A stretch of 63,545 bases of DNA, counting the filler, from Octopus bimaculoides (Eukaryota), in assembly GCF_001194135.2 (NCBI RefSeq). It is 4 parts of 4 records of this genome, joined end to end, with 100 filler letters (N's around TTAATTAATTAA, not from the genome) between each part and the next. Parts side by side here need not be neighbours in the genome. Positions count along the whole stretch, not along the records: positions 35,902 to 61,853 come from NC_068984.1; 3 more parts are not named here. One strand, 5' to 3'. The notes beneath the pieces were generated by a model. The model was not told the DNA's origin and did not search any database. It worked only from the letters and a program-made list of their open reading frames with translations. Positions within the stretch are counted from its first letter, which is position 1. Each line of letters opens with the position of its first letter. Shown here piece after piece: positions 49,067 through 60,776 of the stretch. The position numbers were made by a program, and so were the translations under genes.

Positions 49067-49504
49067 CTATTTTTTACGCATAACCCATTTCCCTAAACAG
49101 AGAACTACTGTCATTTGATGTCATGGAGACGAATAAATAAAATGGAATGACTAGGTTCAACGTCAAAGAGACTCTGGTTCTATATTGTAAATGGAAGTAA
49201 AGCATTTTCTTTTTCCACGCGATAGGGAAATATGTTGAATTAAGCCTTCTTGGAGCGAATACAAATATTATGAAAACTGATTTGACAAATACCATAAGAA
49301 ACTTTGAACGAAACCTTTCATTAAATAAGAATTCACGAAGTAACATGAAATAACAACAAACTTAAGTATTTTATAAACAATTACAGCCCTACATTTCCTC
49401 CCTTCTCCATTTACTAAATGAAAGTTCACAATTTTTGTTAAATCTTTTTAAAAAGCATCGACTATACAAGCATTGCTAATCCTCTCAAAAACATATTACT
49501 CCAC

Positions 49505-49975
49505 ACTGCCAAGGTAACATTATTTCAAGCTACCAAGTCGAACCGTATTCCACACTTTCAACACAAGCCTTATTTTACGCTGTCAAGGCGAAGTTTATTT
49601 AACGTTGCCAAGGCAACCTTATTCCACGGTGCCAAGACACCTTGCTTCACGTTGCCAAGACAAGCCTTATTCCACAATATCAAGACACATCTTATTCCTT
49701 GTTGCTAAGACAACCTTGCTTCGTGCTGCCTAGACAGTCTTTCTTCAACACACACACACAAACCATAATTCACTTTGCCAAGACAACCATATTCCACAAT
49801 ACCAAGACAAACCTTATTCCATGCTACCATGGCAATTAATCATATTCTACGTAGCTTTATTCCGTGCTGCCAAGACAACCTTGTTTCATGTTGCCAAGAT
49901 CAAATTCATTCCACGATACCTAAACAAATCTTATTCTACGTCGCCAAGATAAACCTTGTTCTACGTTGCTAAAAT
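49505..49975. repeat. Degenerate minisatellite, unit 23-25 bp, about 19 copies
   Basis: Consensus about ccttattccacgttgccaagacaa; gccaag-like anchors at 49607, 49631, 49654 and 49679. Confidence 0.85.
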
Positions 49976-51635
49976 TATTTTATTCTCTGTTCATTTTGTT
50001 CTCAAAGTCTTTATCTTCGTGCACACAACAAATATTCGCTTGGAGATTTTTTCTCTTGCCCATTCCTCTTCTTTGCAACAATTGTTTCTTCAATTGCGAA
50101 AATCCACTTTGGTAATTAAATTCAAAGAGAGCTTTGTCATCCGGATTTGATTTGGTACATCGTCGCACTAAATTCTTCAATTCCTATATTTACAGATACC
50201 AATCTCATAAAAGGAAACAAGCAAATGTGTGCCATGCACAGAACCCACACACATACACACACAAACAACACAACACAAACACATACATATACGTACATAC
50301 ACGTACACATACATTCATTTTAGACATCTCAGGAAATCAAAACTACAGTTTGTCGTAATTTGTTTGGTTCATTACAAACTTTAGTGGAATGTGTCGGAGA
50401 TAACAATAAAATGATGTTCTTCTAATGACAAACTCGTCTCTTTAATACTGAGTATTTCTTCCCTGAATTGGTCCTTTATGAATTATGAATACACTCGATA
50501 CCAGAACGCATATACTGTATATCTCAAACGCCACAGGACCTTGCACGAAGCATACTGACAAGGATATACTTATGAACTAACATTTTCGATTCAATTAGTT
50601 ATGGACCACTATGATTTGTCTTCTTTACGGTGTCTTAGATGGACACCAAACATTTTATCGCATAAATAAGTGTGCAAAATATTCCGCCTATAGAACAAGG
50701 CGATACATCTGACACTTCATCTTCTATTGGTCACCTATTGTCTCAGCTTCAAAAACATATTCTAAATAATTTACAAGATCTTTCTCTCTCTCTTCCCCCC
50801 TCTCTCTCTCTTCCCCCCTCTCTCTCTATCTGTATCTGCCGGTGCCATTTTCCCTCCATACCTATCTATGGTTTCTTTCTATCGAGCACTGTAACTTATA
50901 AGTACAAATTAAACACACAGATTGTTCTGATTCACACAATACTCTCCATTTCCACAAGTAATCTCTAATCTTAACGTTACTAGCAAGATTTCAATCCTGC
51001 TAACTCATAAATAGACCATTACGTTACTCGAGTCCTAAACCAGACATATATGAATTTGTGTGTGTGTGTGTGCGTGTGTGTACACACGCATGTATATGTA
51101 CATATAAGCTTGAAGTTTTCATGACTTCAGCTATAGAAATTTGAGCAGCTGTGAATCCACTTACTACTCTCTTCGTACATAGAAAGAAATAGAGGATTGT
51201 TCTGATATATTTCATGGATCATTGACCACTCATTACTGGCAAAGTATCCTCATCGATTCTTCTATCCATAAACAGAGTATGCAGTAATCGCTATTTGTAT
51301 CAAGCCAGAAATTACTTGCAATGGCTAAACTAGAATGCATACCGTGTGTTAAGTGAAGGAGTGTGGGGCTTCTTCTAATTAATGTCCACTGAATTATGAA
51401 ACAAGTCAATGATTCTCAGGAGAGTTTAAAATTCTATAGCGGAAGGTTTAAAACCCATACTTCAATCAGTTGAGGTTTATTTTACGTTTTCGAAGATAAA
51501 TCTTAACTGCTGAGTCTAAATATATATTCTTTTCTACTCTAGGTAGAAGGCCAGAAATTTTGGGGGAGGGGGCGTGGCTGTTCCATGCAGAACTATGTTA
51601 ATAGCTGGAAAAGATATTTTCCTAGGGTTAAAATG

Positions 51636-51715
<80 letters not shown>

Positions 51716-53274
51716 CACATATATATATATATAAGGGCATTACTATACATGAATACCTCACGCCATGAGGGACTGTTAGGTCAAACAACCATAGTCCCTC
51801 ATAGCGTGAGGCATTCATATATNNNNNNNNNNNNNNNNNNNNNNNNNNNNNNNNNNNNNNNNNNNNNNNNNNNNNNNNNNNNNNNNNNNNNNNNNNNNNN
51901 NNNNNNNNNNNNNNNNNNNNNNNNNNNNNNNNNNNNNNNNNNNNNNNNNNNNNNNNNNNNNNNNNNNNNNNNNNNNNNNNNNNNNNNNNNNNNNNNNNNN
52001 NNNNNNNNNNNNNNNNNNNNNNNNNNNNNNNNNNNNNNNNNNNNNNNNNNNNNNNNNNNNNNNNNNNNNNNNNNTATATATATATTTATATATATATATA
52101 TATACATACATACATACATACATACATACATACATACATACATACATACATAATGTATGTATGTATTTATATGTATATACACGAATAACATATATACATA
52201 TATATGTATGCATCTATATATGAGTACATACATGTGTGTGTATATATATGCATATATGCATATGCACACATATTTATATATGTATGAACACATGCGTATA
52301 CGTTTGCATATATAAATATGCATATATACATGTAGACGTGTGTGTGTGTGTTGTATGTATAATTATTTCGTGCAGATCGAATTAAATAGATACCAACCCT
52401 GATTTGTACATATTTATGAGATGTGAGAATATCAGTTGGTTACTCTGAGTATTGACCATTTATGTCACTTATCCATTGGGTATTTGGAGAGGTTATCAGA
52501 CTTTACACTTCTCTGGAATAAGTACAGTTTCTCTGGTTTCACTACGTGAGGTACCGATCAATAAAACATCTAACGTTATAGAGCTGTAACTGTTGGCTTC
52601 TGTATAAGTTTGTATATGCATGTTTGTGCGTCTGTATGTGTGTGTGTTAGTGTCTGTATCAGGGTATGTGTATGTGTGTGTATTTGTGTTTCATATAACA
52701 ACGAGACTGTGCTAGCACGCACAAAGAACACTTATGAACCAATGAGCGAATGTATGTATATGTGTCGGTGCTCGTGTGTATATGTACATGTATATATACA
52801 TATATGAACGTGTGTATATTTTTTTTATATATATATATACACACACATATATATAGATGCATATGTGAATATAGTGTATATCTTTGTGTATGTATATATA
52901 TATATATATATATAAACGAATATATATACTCATGTATATATACATTTATATATATATTTATTTATTTATTTATATATATTTATATATATACATACATGTT
53001 TGTAGATGTATACCTATATGTATATATACATATGTGTGTGTGGTTTATATATATATATATNNNNNNNNNNNNNNNNNNNNNNNNNNNNNNNNNNNNNNNN
53101 NNNNNNNNNNNNNNNNNNNNNNNNNNNNNNNNNNNNNNNNNNNNNNNNNNNNNNNNNNNNNNNNNNNNNNNNNNNNNNNNNNNNNNNNNNNNNNNNNNNN
53201 NNNNNNNNNNNNNNNNNNNNNNNNNNNNNNNNNNNNNNNNNNNNNNNNNNNNNNNNNNNNNNNNNNNNNNNNNN

Positions 53275-53315
<41 letters not shown>

Positions 53316-53940
53316 AAATTCATACATACATTTATACATGTAAGTATGTATGTATGTATGTACGTACTTACCAATGTAAGTATGTATGTATATACGTACG
53401 TATGTATGTATGTATGTATGTATGTATATATGTATGTATGTATGTATTTGTTTGACAGAGAAATATGAGAAGCGAGCATTATGACCAGGTTCTTTCAATA
53501 GATTTATTTACTCTTACTTCTTTCTCTGCAACTATTTCTTGTTAGAGACACGATTTTTTCTTCATTCTATTCCGAGCTTCCTGCGAATGAGCACTATGAA
53601 AATGCTAACCAGTTGAATATTTTGCATAAGAACTCATTAACGACATTTCACAAGCAGAGAATATGTTTGAAATATCTCAATAGTGGCAACAAAAATGTCT
53701 TGAATATTACTCGAAATTCGCTATTAATGCTGCCCTTATGTCGCAGAAATGTGATTTTTGAGAAGATAATCGATTTCTTGGCCTTTTAGTAAGTACAACA
53801 CAGACCTATTACGTGGTGGACATTGAATTAGATTCCTCTTATTGAAATTTCTTGTTTAATTCAATACAACTTCTGCTGCACTTTGAATCAGAACATAACT
53901 TTTACATTGTACAGTAAAGAAATGCCTATATGTGTACGTA

Positions 53941-54015
<75 letters not shown>

Positions 54016-54169
54016 TTATATATATGTATGTATGTATGTATATGTATATATAAGTACACACGTACACATTTCTTTCTTTCTGGTGTTACACACATGTTCA
54101 CACCCACACACCCACGCACACACACATATACATATATGCATTTGCACATACATACACACACTTACAAAC

Positions 54170-54203
<34 letters not shown>

Positions 54204-54504
54204 GCATATATGTGTGAAATGTGTATAGACACCCCCCTCTCACTCTCTTAGTATATGCACACGTGCACACACACACACACGTACACACACATTTTTTATA
54301 TGTGCATACCAAAGTACGAGCATACATGTATAAAAGAAGATGCCTTAATACGCACAGTTCACTGCCTGAAAGCTAGCAACCCGTCTCGGGATCAAATCCA
54401 AGTTGTAGTTCTTTCACTTATTCTGCAGTTGCTCAAGGAATGACTCTAATACGGTATAGTCTCACCACTAGAAGTTAGTTCTAATTTAAAAGTGAAACAG
54501 TTGC

Positions 54505-54808
54505 TTTTTCTACTATAGCCCTGGGTCAACTAAATCCTTGTGAATGGATTTGGTGGACGGAAACTGAAAGAAGCTCGTTGTATATGTGTGCGCGCGTGCT
54601 AGTGTCTTTGTGTTTGTGCTTCTCACCCACCACCGCATGCTGGTGTGTTTACGTACCCGTAACTTAGCGGTTCTTCAAAAGAGACTGATAGAATAAGTAC
54701 TTGACTTAAAAGAAAATAAGTACTGGGGTCGATTAGTTCGGCTCAAGGCGGGGCCCCAGCATGGCCGCATTCTAATGACTGAAACAAGTAAAACGATAAA
54801 GAATAGAA
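54505..54808 (+). mobile_element. SINE family A (5'-truncated head)
   Basis: tctactatagccctggg...ggacggaaactgaaagaagc...gtgtttacgtacccgtaacttagcggttc...ccagcatggccgcattctaatgactgaaacaagtaaaa. Confidence 0.85.
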
Positions 54809-54845
54809 TGGTAATGAATTTGATAGTCTGAACTTGTGTGGAATA

Positions 54846-56062
54846 TTAAGTTGTCAGATAAATTTGTTCGTTCTTTTCAACGTTATTTGAATTAACGCGA
54901 AAAATATTTTTTATTGTAGTCGTTTATGGGGTATTTTTCATTTTTTGTGTGACAGACACTGCTCTTGCTCTACAAATTTTGCTTAACCTTTTCTGAAATT
55001 TGAATAAATTTTACATCTTTTCAGGTGTATAATAATGGAGTGACAATATCACCATTTTCGACACCTGCTTCTCTTTGTTTTTAATCAAAGTTCCAAAGCT
55101 TCCAAAGTAGGCTACAGATATTACTGAAAGAACTGTTCAAAAATGGTTCCCATGCCTCAAGGGGAGATACAAATTCTCCGCATTCTAGCAGTCTTGTTCT
55201 GGTCGATCAATTGAACCAACTCATCCACGAGGACCCGCATCAAACCTCGAAATTGGCGCAGCAGACGAGCTGCTCTCATGATACTGTCGCCCTTCACCTT
55301 CACTCGATGGGTAACGTCCAAAAATTCGATGCATTAGCGCTTTACACTCTGAACAAAAGTGAAAAACTCTGGCACTCCTCTATCCCTGGCAGTTTGCTCG
55401 CTCGACAACAGGCTACTCGTGAACATAAAAATTTCTGTACCGCATCGTCATTGCTGATGTAAAATGGTGTCTTTCCTCAATATGAATCAGAGGGCAGAAT
55501 GGCTGAGTCCCGACAAACAACGTTTTGAGCCGAGCCGGAGCTGCATCCACGCAAGGCAACGATCTACCTTTAGTGGAATTGGGAAGGGCTAATCCATTAC
55601 GAAATGTTTGAAAGCAACCACGCCTTCTCTGCAGAGACAACCCAGCTGAAAGGACACGTGCGGTGACAATGGCGAGCTTTTTCAACACAACAATGATCGC
55701 CCCACGTCGCTAATTTCATTAAAACTACTATTCAAGAACGCTAGTGGGAAGATCTACCACACCCGTCATATTCTCCTAATATACTTTCTTCAGATTATTA
55801 CCTTTTCCGATCTCTTCCCAACAGTCTGTAAGGCGTCTCGTTCAACAACAACGTGGATCTGATTATATGGCTCCATGAATTCTTCCATTCAAGACCTGGG
55901 TGATTTCTACTGTCAAGGCATTGACAGGTTGCTGGAAAGATAGCAAGACGCCGTGAATAATGAAGGAGAATATATCATTGACTGATTTGCTAAAAAATTC
56001 GGTGACACATTTGGGATTAAAATAAATGGGGAAATAACGGAACAGTTTATCTGACAAATCTA
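54846..56062 (+). mobile_element. Full-length dead mariner (DD34D-type) transposon, about 1.22 kb
   Basis: TA-flanked imperfect TIRs attaagttgtcagataaatttgttcgtt vs reverse complement atagatttgtcagataaactgttccgtt (21/28). The interior gives degenerate transposase ITERTVQKWF...LIHEDPHQTS...LYRIVIADVKW...ELHPRK...FQHNNDRPHVA...LPHPSYSPNILSSDYYLFRSL...FYCQGIDRLLER*QDAVNNEGEYIID*. Confidence 0.9.
55110..55985 (+). pseudogene. mariner transposase pseudogene (stops and frameshifts)
   Basis: Motif equivalents of DEKW, HDNARPH and YSPDLAPSDY, and terminal GEYIID, spread across changing frames. Confidence 0.85.
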
Positions 56063-56073
56063 TATATGTGTAA

Positions 56074-56153
<80 letters not shown>

Positions 56154-56734
56154 NNNNNNNNNNNNNNNNNNNNNNNNNNNNNNNNNNNNNNNNNNNNNNN
56201 NNNNNNNNNNNNNNNNNNNNNNNNNNNNNNNNNNNNNNNNNNNNNNNNNNNNNNNNNNNNNNNNNNNNNNNNNNNNNNNNNNNNNNNNNNNNNNNNNNNN
56301 NNNNNNNNNNNNNNNNNNNNNNNNNNNNNNNNNNNNNNNNNNNNNNNNNNNNNNNNNNNNNNNNNNNNNNNNNNNNNNNNNNNNNNNNNNNNNNNNNNNN
56401 NNNNNNNNNNNNNNNNNNNNNNNNNNNNNNNNNNNNNNNNNNNNNNNNNNNNNNNNNNNNNNNNNNNNNNNNNNNNNNNNNNNNNNNNNNNNNNNNNNNN
56501 NNNNNNNNNNNNNNNNNNNNNNNNNNNNNNNNNNNNNNNNNNNNNNNNNNNNNNNNNNNNNNNNNNNNNNNNNNNNNNNNNNNNNNNNNNNNNNNNNNNN
56601 NNNNNNNNNNNNNNNNNNNNNNNNNNNNNNNNNNNNNNNNNNNNNNNNNNNNNNNNNNNNNNNNNNNNNNNNNNNNNNNNNNNNNNNNNNNNNNNNNNNN
56701 NNNNNNNNNNNNNNNNNNNNNNNNNNNNNNNNNN

Positions 56735-56783
<49 letters not shown>

Positions 56784-57069
56784 TGTGTGTTCAAGTCTGA
56801 AAACCTTGTGATGTGATGTGTAACAAATATTTAGTTACAGTAACAAATATTTAGTTACAGTTTAGAGCATTATTAGTATATACAACGACAGTAAGATTCA
56901 TATGATTCATAAAATGGACGTTGTGACACTTATTCTTTCCCAAAGGAATTTGTTTGATGTGACTTTGAAGATTCGGCCAGATTAACCATCGTCGGACTGC
57001 TTAGCTGGTGGAAACTTCGAAATCATGACAATAATTACAGATGGGGAGCACTAAGCAGTGATAAGTAAA

Positions 57070-57258
57070 ATAGTAATGTTATTATCAGTTCGAATATGCT
57101 TGAGGTACGTTCAAACCGGCGAACAAGCTACTCACTGCGTTTTGTCACGAAGACTATGGAAAATAGGAATATATTTTCCGTGACAAAACGGAGTGAGTAC
57201 CTTGTTCACTGGTTCAAACGTGCCTCAAGAATATTCGGACTGATAATTACATTACTAT
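57070..57258. mobile_element. Palindromic MITE-like element, 80-bp arms
   Basis: Arms 57070-57149 and 57179-57258 match at 70/80 positions (manual count). The 29-nt loop contains an inner 8-bp ggaaaata/tattttcc stem. Confidence 0.8.
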
Positions 57259-57281
57259 GCCAATAATATTCTTGTTTAAGA

Positions 57282-57492
57282 AGGCGGCGAGCTGGCAGAA
57301 TCGTTTGCATGCCGGGCGAAATGCTTAGCGGTATTTCGTCTGTCTTTACGTTCTGAGCTCAAATTCCGCCGAGGTCGACTTTTCCCTTCATCGTGTCCGG
57401 GTCGAAAAATTAAGTACCAGCTGCGTACTAGGGTCGATCTAATCGACTGGCCCCTCCCCCAAATTTCGGGCCTTGTGCCTAGAATAGAAAAG
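57282..57492 (+). mobile_element. Young SINE family B with perfect 17-bp TSD
   Basis: aatattcttgtttaaga at 57265-57281 and 57493-57509. Confidence 0.95.
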
Positions 57493-57931
57493 AATATTCT
57501 TGTTTAAGATATATATCTACGTACATACATACACATATGCATGTATACATGCATGTTTGCATGTACATATGCCTGTGTGTATATATGTATATACACATAG
57601 ATATATATATATAGATAGATACGCACATATAAACAAATAACACACGCACTCTCATACACGTAGAGATTGATCGAATAACACAAGTATATATAATAATAAT
57701 AATAATAATTTACGTAACGAAAAGATATATATGGTATTATTCTTTATTTTGTACAACGGTCATTTCGACCCATCCTGCTACTGTCCCTTATGGCTTGGAC
57801 TCCGTTCAACATGTTACTTTGGATCAGTTTTGCCGTCTGGGTCGCATTAGGTTCAACCATACATAAGGTTGTGTTTCACTGAAGATCCTGAGATTTGGCT
57901 GTCAAGGTGTTATATACACGTCTGGTTAGGG

Positions 57932-58228
57932 CACGGGTTTTCAAACTTTTTGACTTGCGGACCCCTTTATATTTCAGGCTTTACCTTAGGGACCCCCTTA
58001 TAAACGCTTATGAAATTTATACATAAATATTTCCTTAAAATATAATATATTTTTACATTTATTTATTTAACAGTATTTAACAAATAGGTTTATTGTCAAT
58101 TAAAAGATTTCGATTAAAAAACATATATAAAATCAAATTGCCCATAAAAAGTATTTGCTGTCCACGGACACCCTGTCTTGTCCCTGCGGACCCCCTGTGG
58201 TCCGGGGTCCACAGTTTGAAAGCCCCTG
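57932..58228. mobile_element. hAT (Charlie-like) MITE, 297 bp
   Basis: TIRs cacgggttttcaaact / reverse complement caggggctttcaaact; 8-bp TSD ggttaggg / ggctaggg (7/8) with central TA. Confidence 0.9.
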
Positions 58229-59988
58229 GGCTAGGGAATGAAACATTGCTGCAATTTTCAATTACTCTTATCTTTCTTCAATAAGAGTTGCAAACAATTG
58301 CAAATATAGACAAACGATAAAATTAAAAAAATATATAATAATAAATTTTGCAGGTAAAGTTAATGGATGAACAGGGATGGATTGGGTTGCATTGGGTTTA
58401 AGACAAAGAAATGGTACTAGAAGGAAGAAGGGAGAGATATATGTGCAGGCTGTAATGTCTAAGGGGCGAAAAGTTGTTTAGACAGCTAGCTTAGATCAGG
58501 ATGCGTATACACACCTATGCACACACACATTCTCGCTTGTGCATGCACTCACACAAGGGACGTTGTGCCTATACGGTCATTCTCGTTCGTATAATTTATG
58601 TTTGGAAGATAACTTCATAAGGAATGTGTCGTCAAGTTTGCCTCGAGACTAGGGCAGCTCGCAAACAGTCCGACTCACTCCACGTCTATATTACTGAGGG
58701 TGAATCACACACCCCTACGCCCATATATACACACATACAAACTTGCTTACATACACTCACACATACATATACACATATACATACACATATCTATATGTAT
58801 GTATCTACACGTACATATACATACACGTACGCTCCTACATACATACATATATTTTTATATATACACACGCACAGACACCCCCACCCCCACGGGTGTGCTC
58901 ATATACCCATACATCTACATGCATGTATATATATAAATAAATATATATATATATATATAATGTAAAGTTACTGTTAACAAAAGTCGGGATCCGTGGCGTT
59001 CAGTTACTCAATAAATGAAGAATGCATTAAATACTACAAAACGTACACGTAGGACAGACGAGAAGGACCTTAATTCTTCATCAGTTATCGACCAAAAATA
59101 CTAATACTCAATTTCATACCTTTAACGATAAGACTGAGAATTTCGTATATCGGTGGCACCCGCAAAATTTGCGGAGAATTTGGGCTAGAGCAAAGAAGAC
59201 AATACAGGGCGGACGTACGAAAGTAAACAAATGTAATTTGAAACGATAGACGAAGACACAATAAATAAAGCCTTTCGTCCAAACACGAGGACAATGGGTA
59301 ACGCCTAGAAGAAATCCTCAATGGATATAAAAAGAGAAATAGTAAGAGAGGAGAAAATATTGATCGACAAGCCAAGCGCCTAGTGGCGAAAAGGCAGAGA
59401 GATATGAAAATTAGTCACGGGTCACGTATGGGCAGCAGATAGATGGGAAGGAGGATGGGAGAGAGTGGGAGAGAGAGAGAGAGCGGCAGAGAGAACACGG
59501 ATAGAAGGAAGGAAGGAAGGAAGGAAGGAAGGAAGGAAGGAAGGAAGTCTACAATTAAAAGTGAGAAGCTGAGAGAAAGGGAGAGAGGGGGGAAAAATTG
59601 TTGTTCAGACACAGTTATTCTTATAAATGTTTCTGTATGATATTTTGGGAACTGAACCACGAGTCACTAAAATATGCAAAATTAAAGGTACTAGAGCATA
59701 ACTTCTAAACTAACACAACATGAATTATTTAAAGAGGCAAAATATGCCTTTCTACGGCCGAGATTGACCGTATTGGCAGGTGGGCCAACGTCACGTGTGT
59801 GAGTGCATGCACGAGCGAGATGGTGTGTGCGTAGTTGTGCATATGCATCCTGATCTAAGCTAGCTAGCTCAACAACCATTCGTCCCCTAGACACTACAGC
59901 CTGCACATATATCTTTCCCTTCCTTTTTAAGTACCATTCCTCTGTCTTAAACCCCATGCAACTCAATTCATTCAATTTCTCCTACAAA

Positions 59989-60028
<40 letters not shown>

Positions 60029-60044
60029 GGATCTTTTTGGTTTG

Positions 60045-60240
60045 ACGGGCAACACTTGTTTTCTTAACGAGACACTTTCAAACTTGGGATACTGGTAGAA
60101 TGTGTCAAATAAAACATCTTTTTCTCTTAGCCTTCTTAATAAAAATTACAGCTTAATAAATTATTTCATGTTAAAGTTGTCGTATTTCTGTAATTTCAAC
60201 CAATCACTGACGTCTATTCAGCTGAATACAGTTACTGCTC
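60045..60240. mobile_element. Probable DNA-transposon/MITE fragment
   Basis: gggcaacacttgttttcttaacgagacactttcaaacttgggatactggtagaatgtg...aaccaatcactgacgtctattc resembles Tc1-type MITE interiors. No TIR pair was resolved. Confidence 0.35.
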
Positions 60241-60312
60241 TTTTTATAAACAATAATTTTTACCGGTGTTAAGAGTGTTATTCCCTGTTTAATTATATCA
60301 TTATTCCCTAGT

Positions 60313-60493
60313 AAGGGTTTAGGGTTTTAGGGTTAGGGTTCGGGTTTTAGAGTTAGGGTTGGGGTTAGGGTTGGGGTTAGGGTTATGGTTATGAGTTATG
60401 GGGTTTTAGAATTAAGGTTAAGGTTATGGCAAAAATAATCATAACCCTCACCGTAATACTAAAACTAGCCCTAACTCTAAAACCCGAACCCTA
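60313..60493. repeat. Interstitial telomere-like (TTAGGG/TTGGGG) repeats with an inverted copy
   Basis: G-rich degenerate TTAGGG array on the plus strand. A perfect 25-bp inverted pair lies at 60334-60358 and 60469-60493. Confidence 0.85.
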
Positions 60494-60736
60494 TTATTTC
60501 ATTTTATCAAAAATCATTTGTCTATATGTACGAGTGTTTGCAACTCTTATTGAAGAAAGATAATAGTGACTGAAAATTGCAGCAATGTTTCATTCCTTAA
60601 CCAAACGGACACATAACAACATGACAGTCAAAACTCAGTGTCTTTAGTGAGACAACTTTATGTATGGATGTACCTGATGCGATCCAGACATATATGTATA
60701 TATGCATATATATAGTCTGTTAAAGTCTGTCATACC

Positions 60737-60776
60737 GGCCATGACGAAGGGAAATAGCCCTGAAACTCGAGTCGCC
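60737..60776 (+). ncRNA. Hammerhead ribozyme-like motif (type I, palindromic helix III loop)
   Basis: ggc c aUGACGA A GGG-aaauag-CCC u GAAAC-UCGA-GU C gcc: core UGANGA, helix II GGG/CCC, helix III AC/GU capped by palindromic UCGA, GUC triplet. The C3 region is imperfect and helix I is only 3 bp. Confidence 0.5.

Noticed and set aside
49505-49975. CRISPR-like periodicity
   Set aside because: The units are contiguous and degenerate with no unique spacers, and the context is eukaryotic.
59085-59109. Minus-strand CTGATGAAG near 59070-59085 and TTGAAGA...GAAAC near 56965-57020 as further hammerheads
   Set aside because: The first lacks GAAA after helix II; the second lacks a coherent helix I, helix III and NUH site.
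60313-60425. True telomere or chromosome-fusion scar
   Set aside because: The array is short and highly degenerate, and is embedded in a repeat that has a homologous arm 2 kb away.
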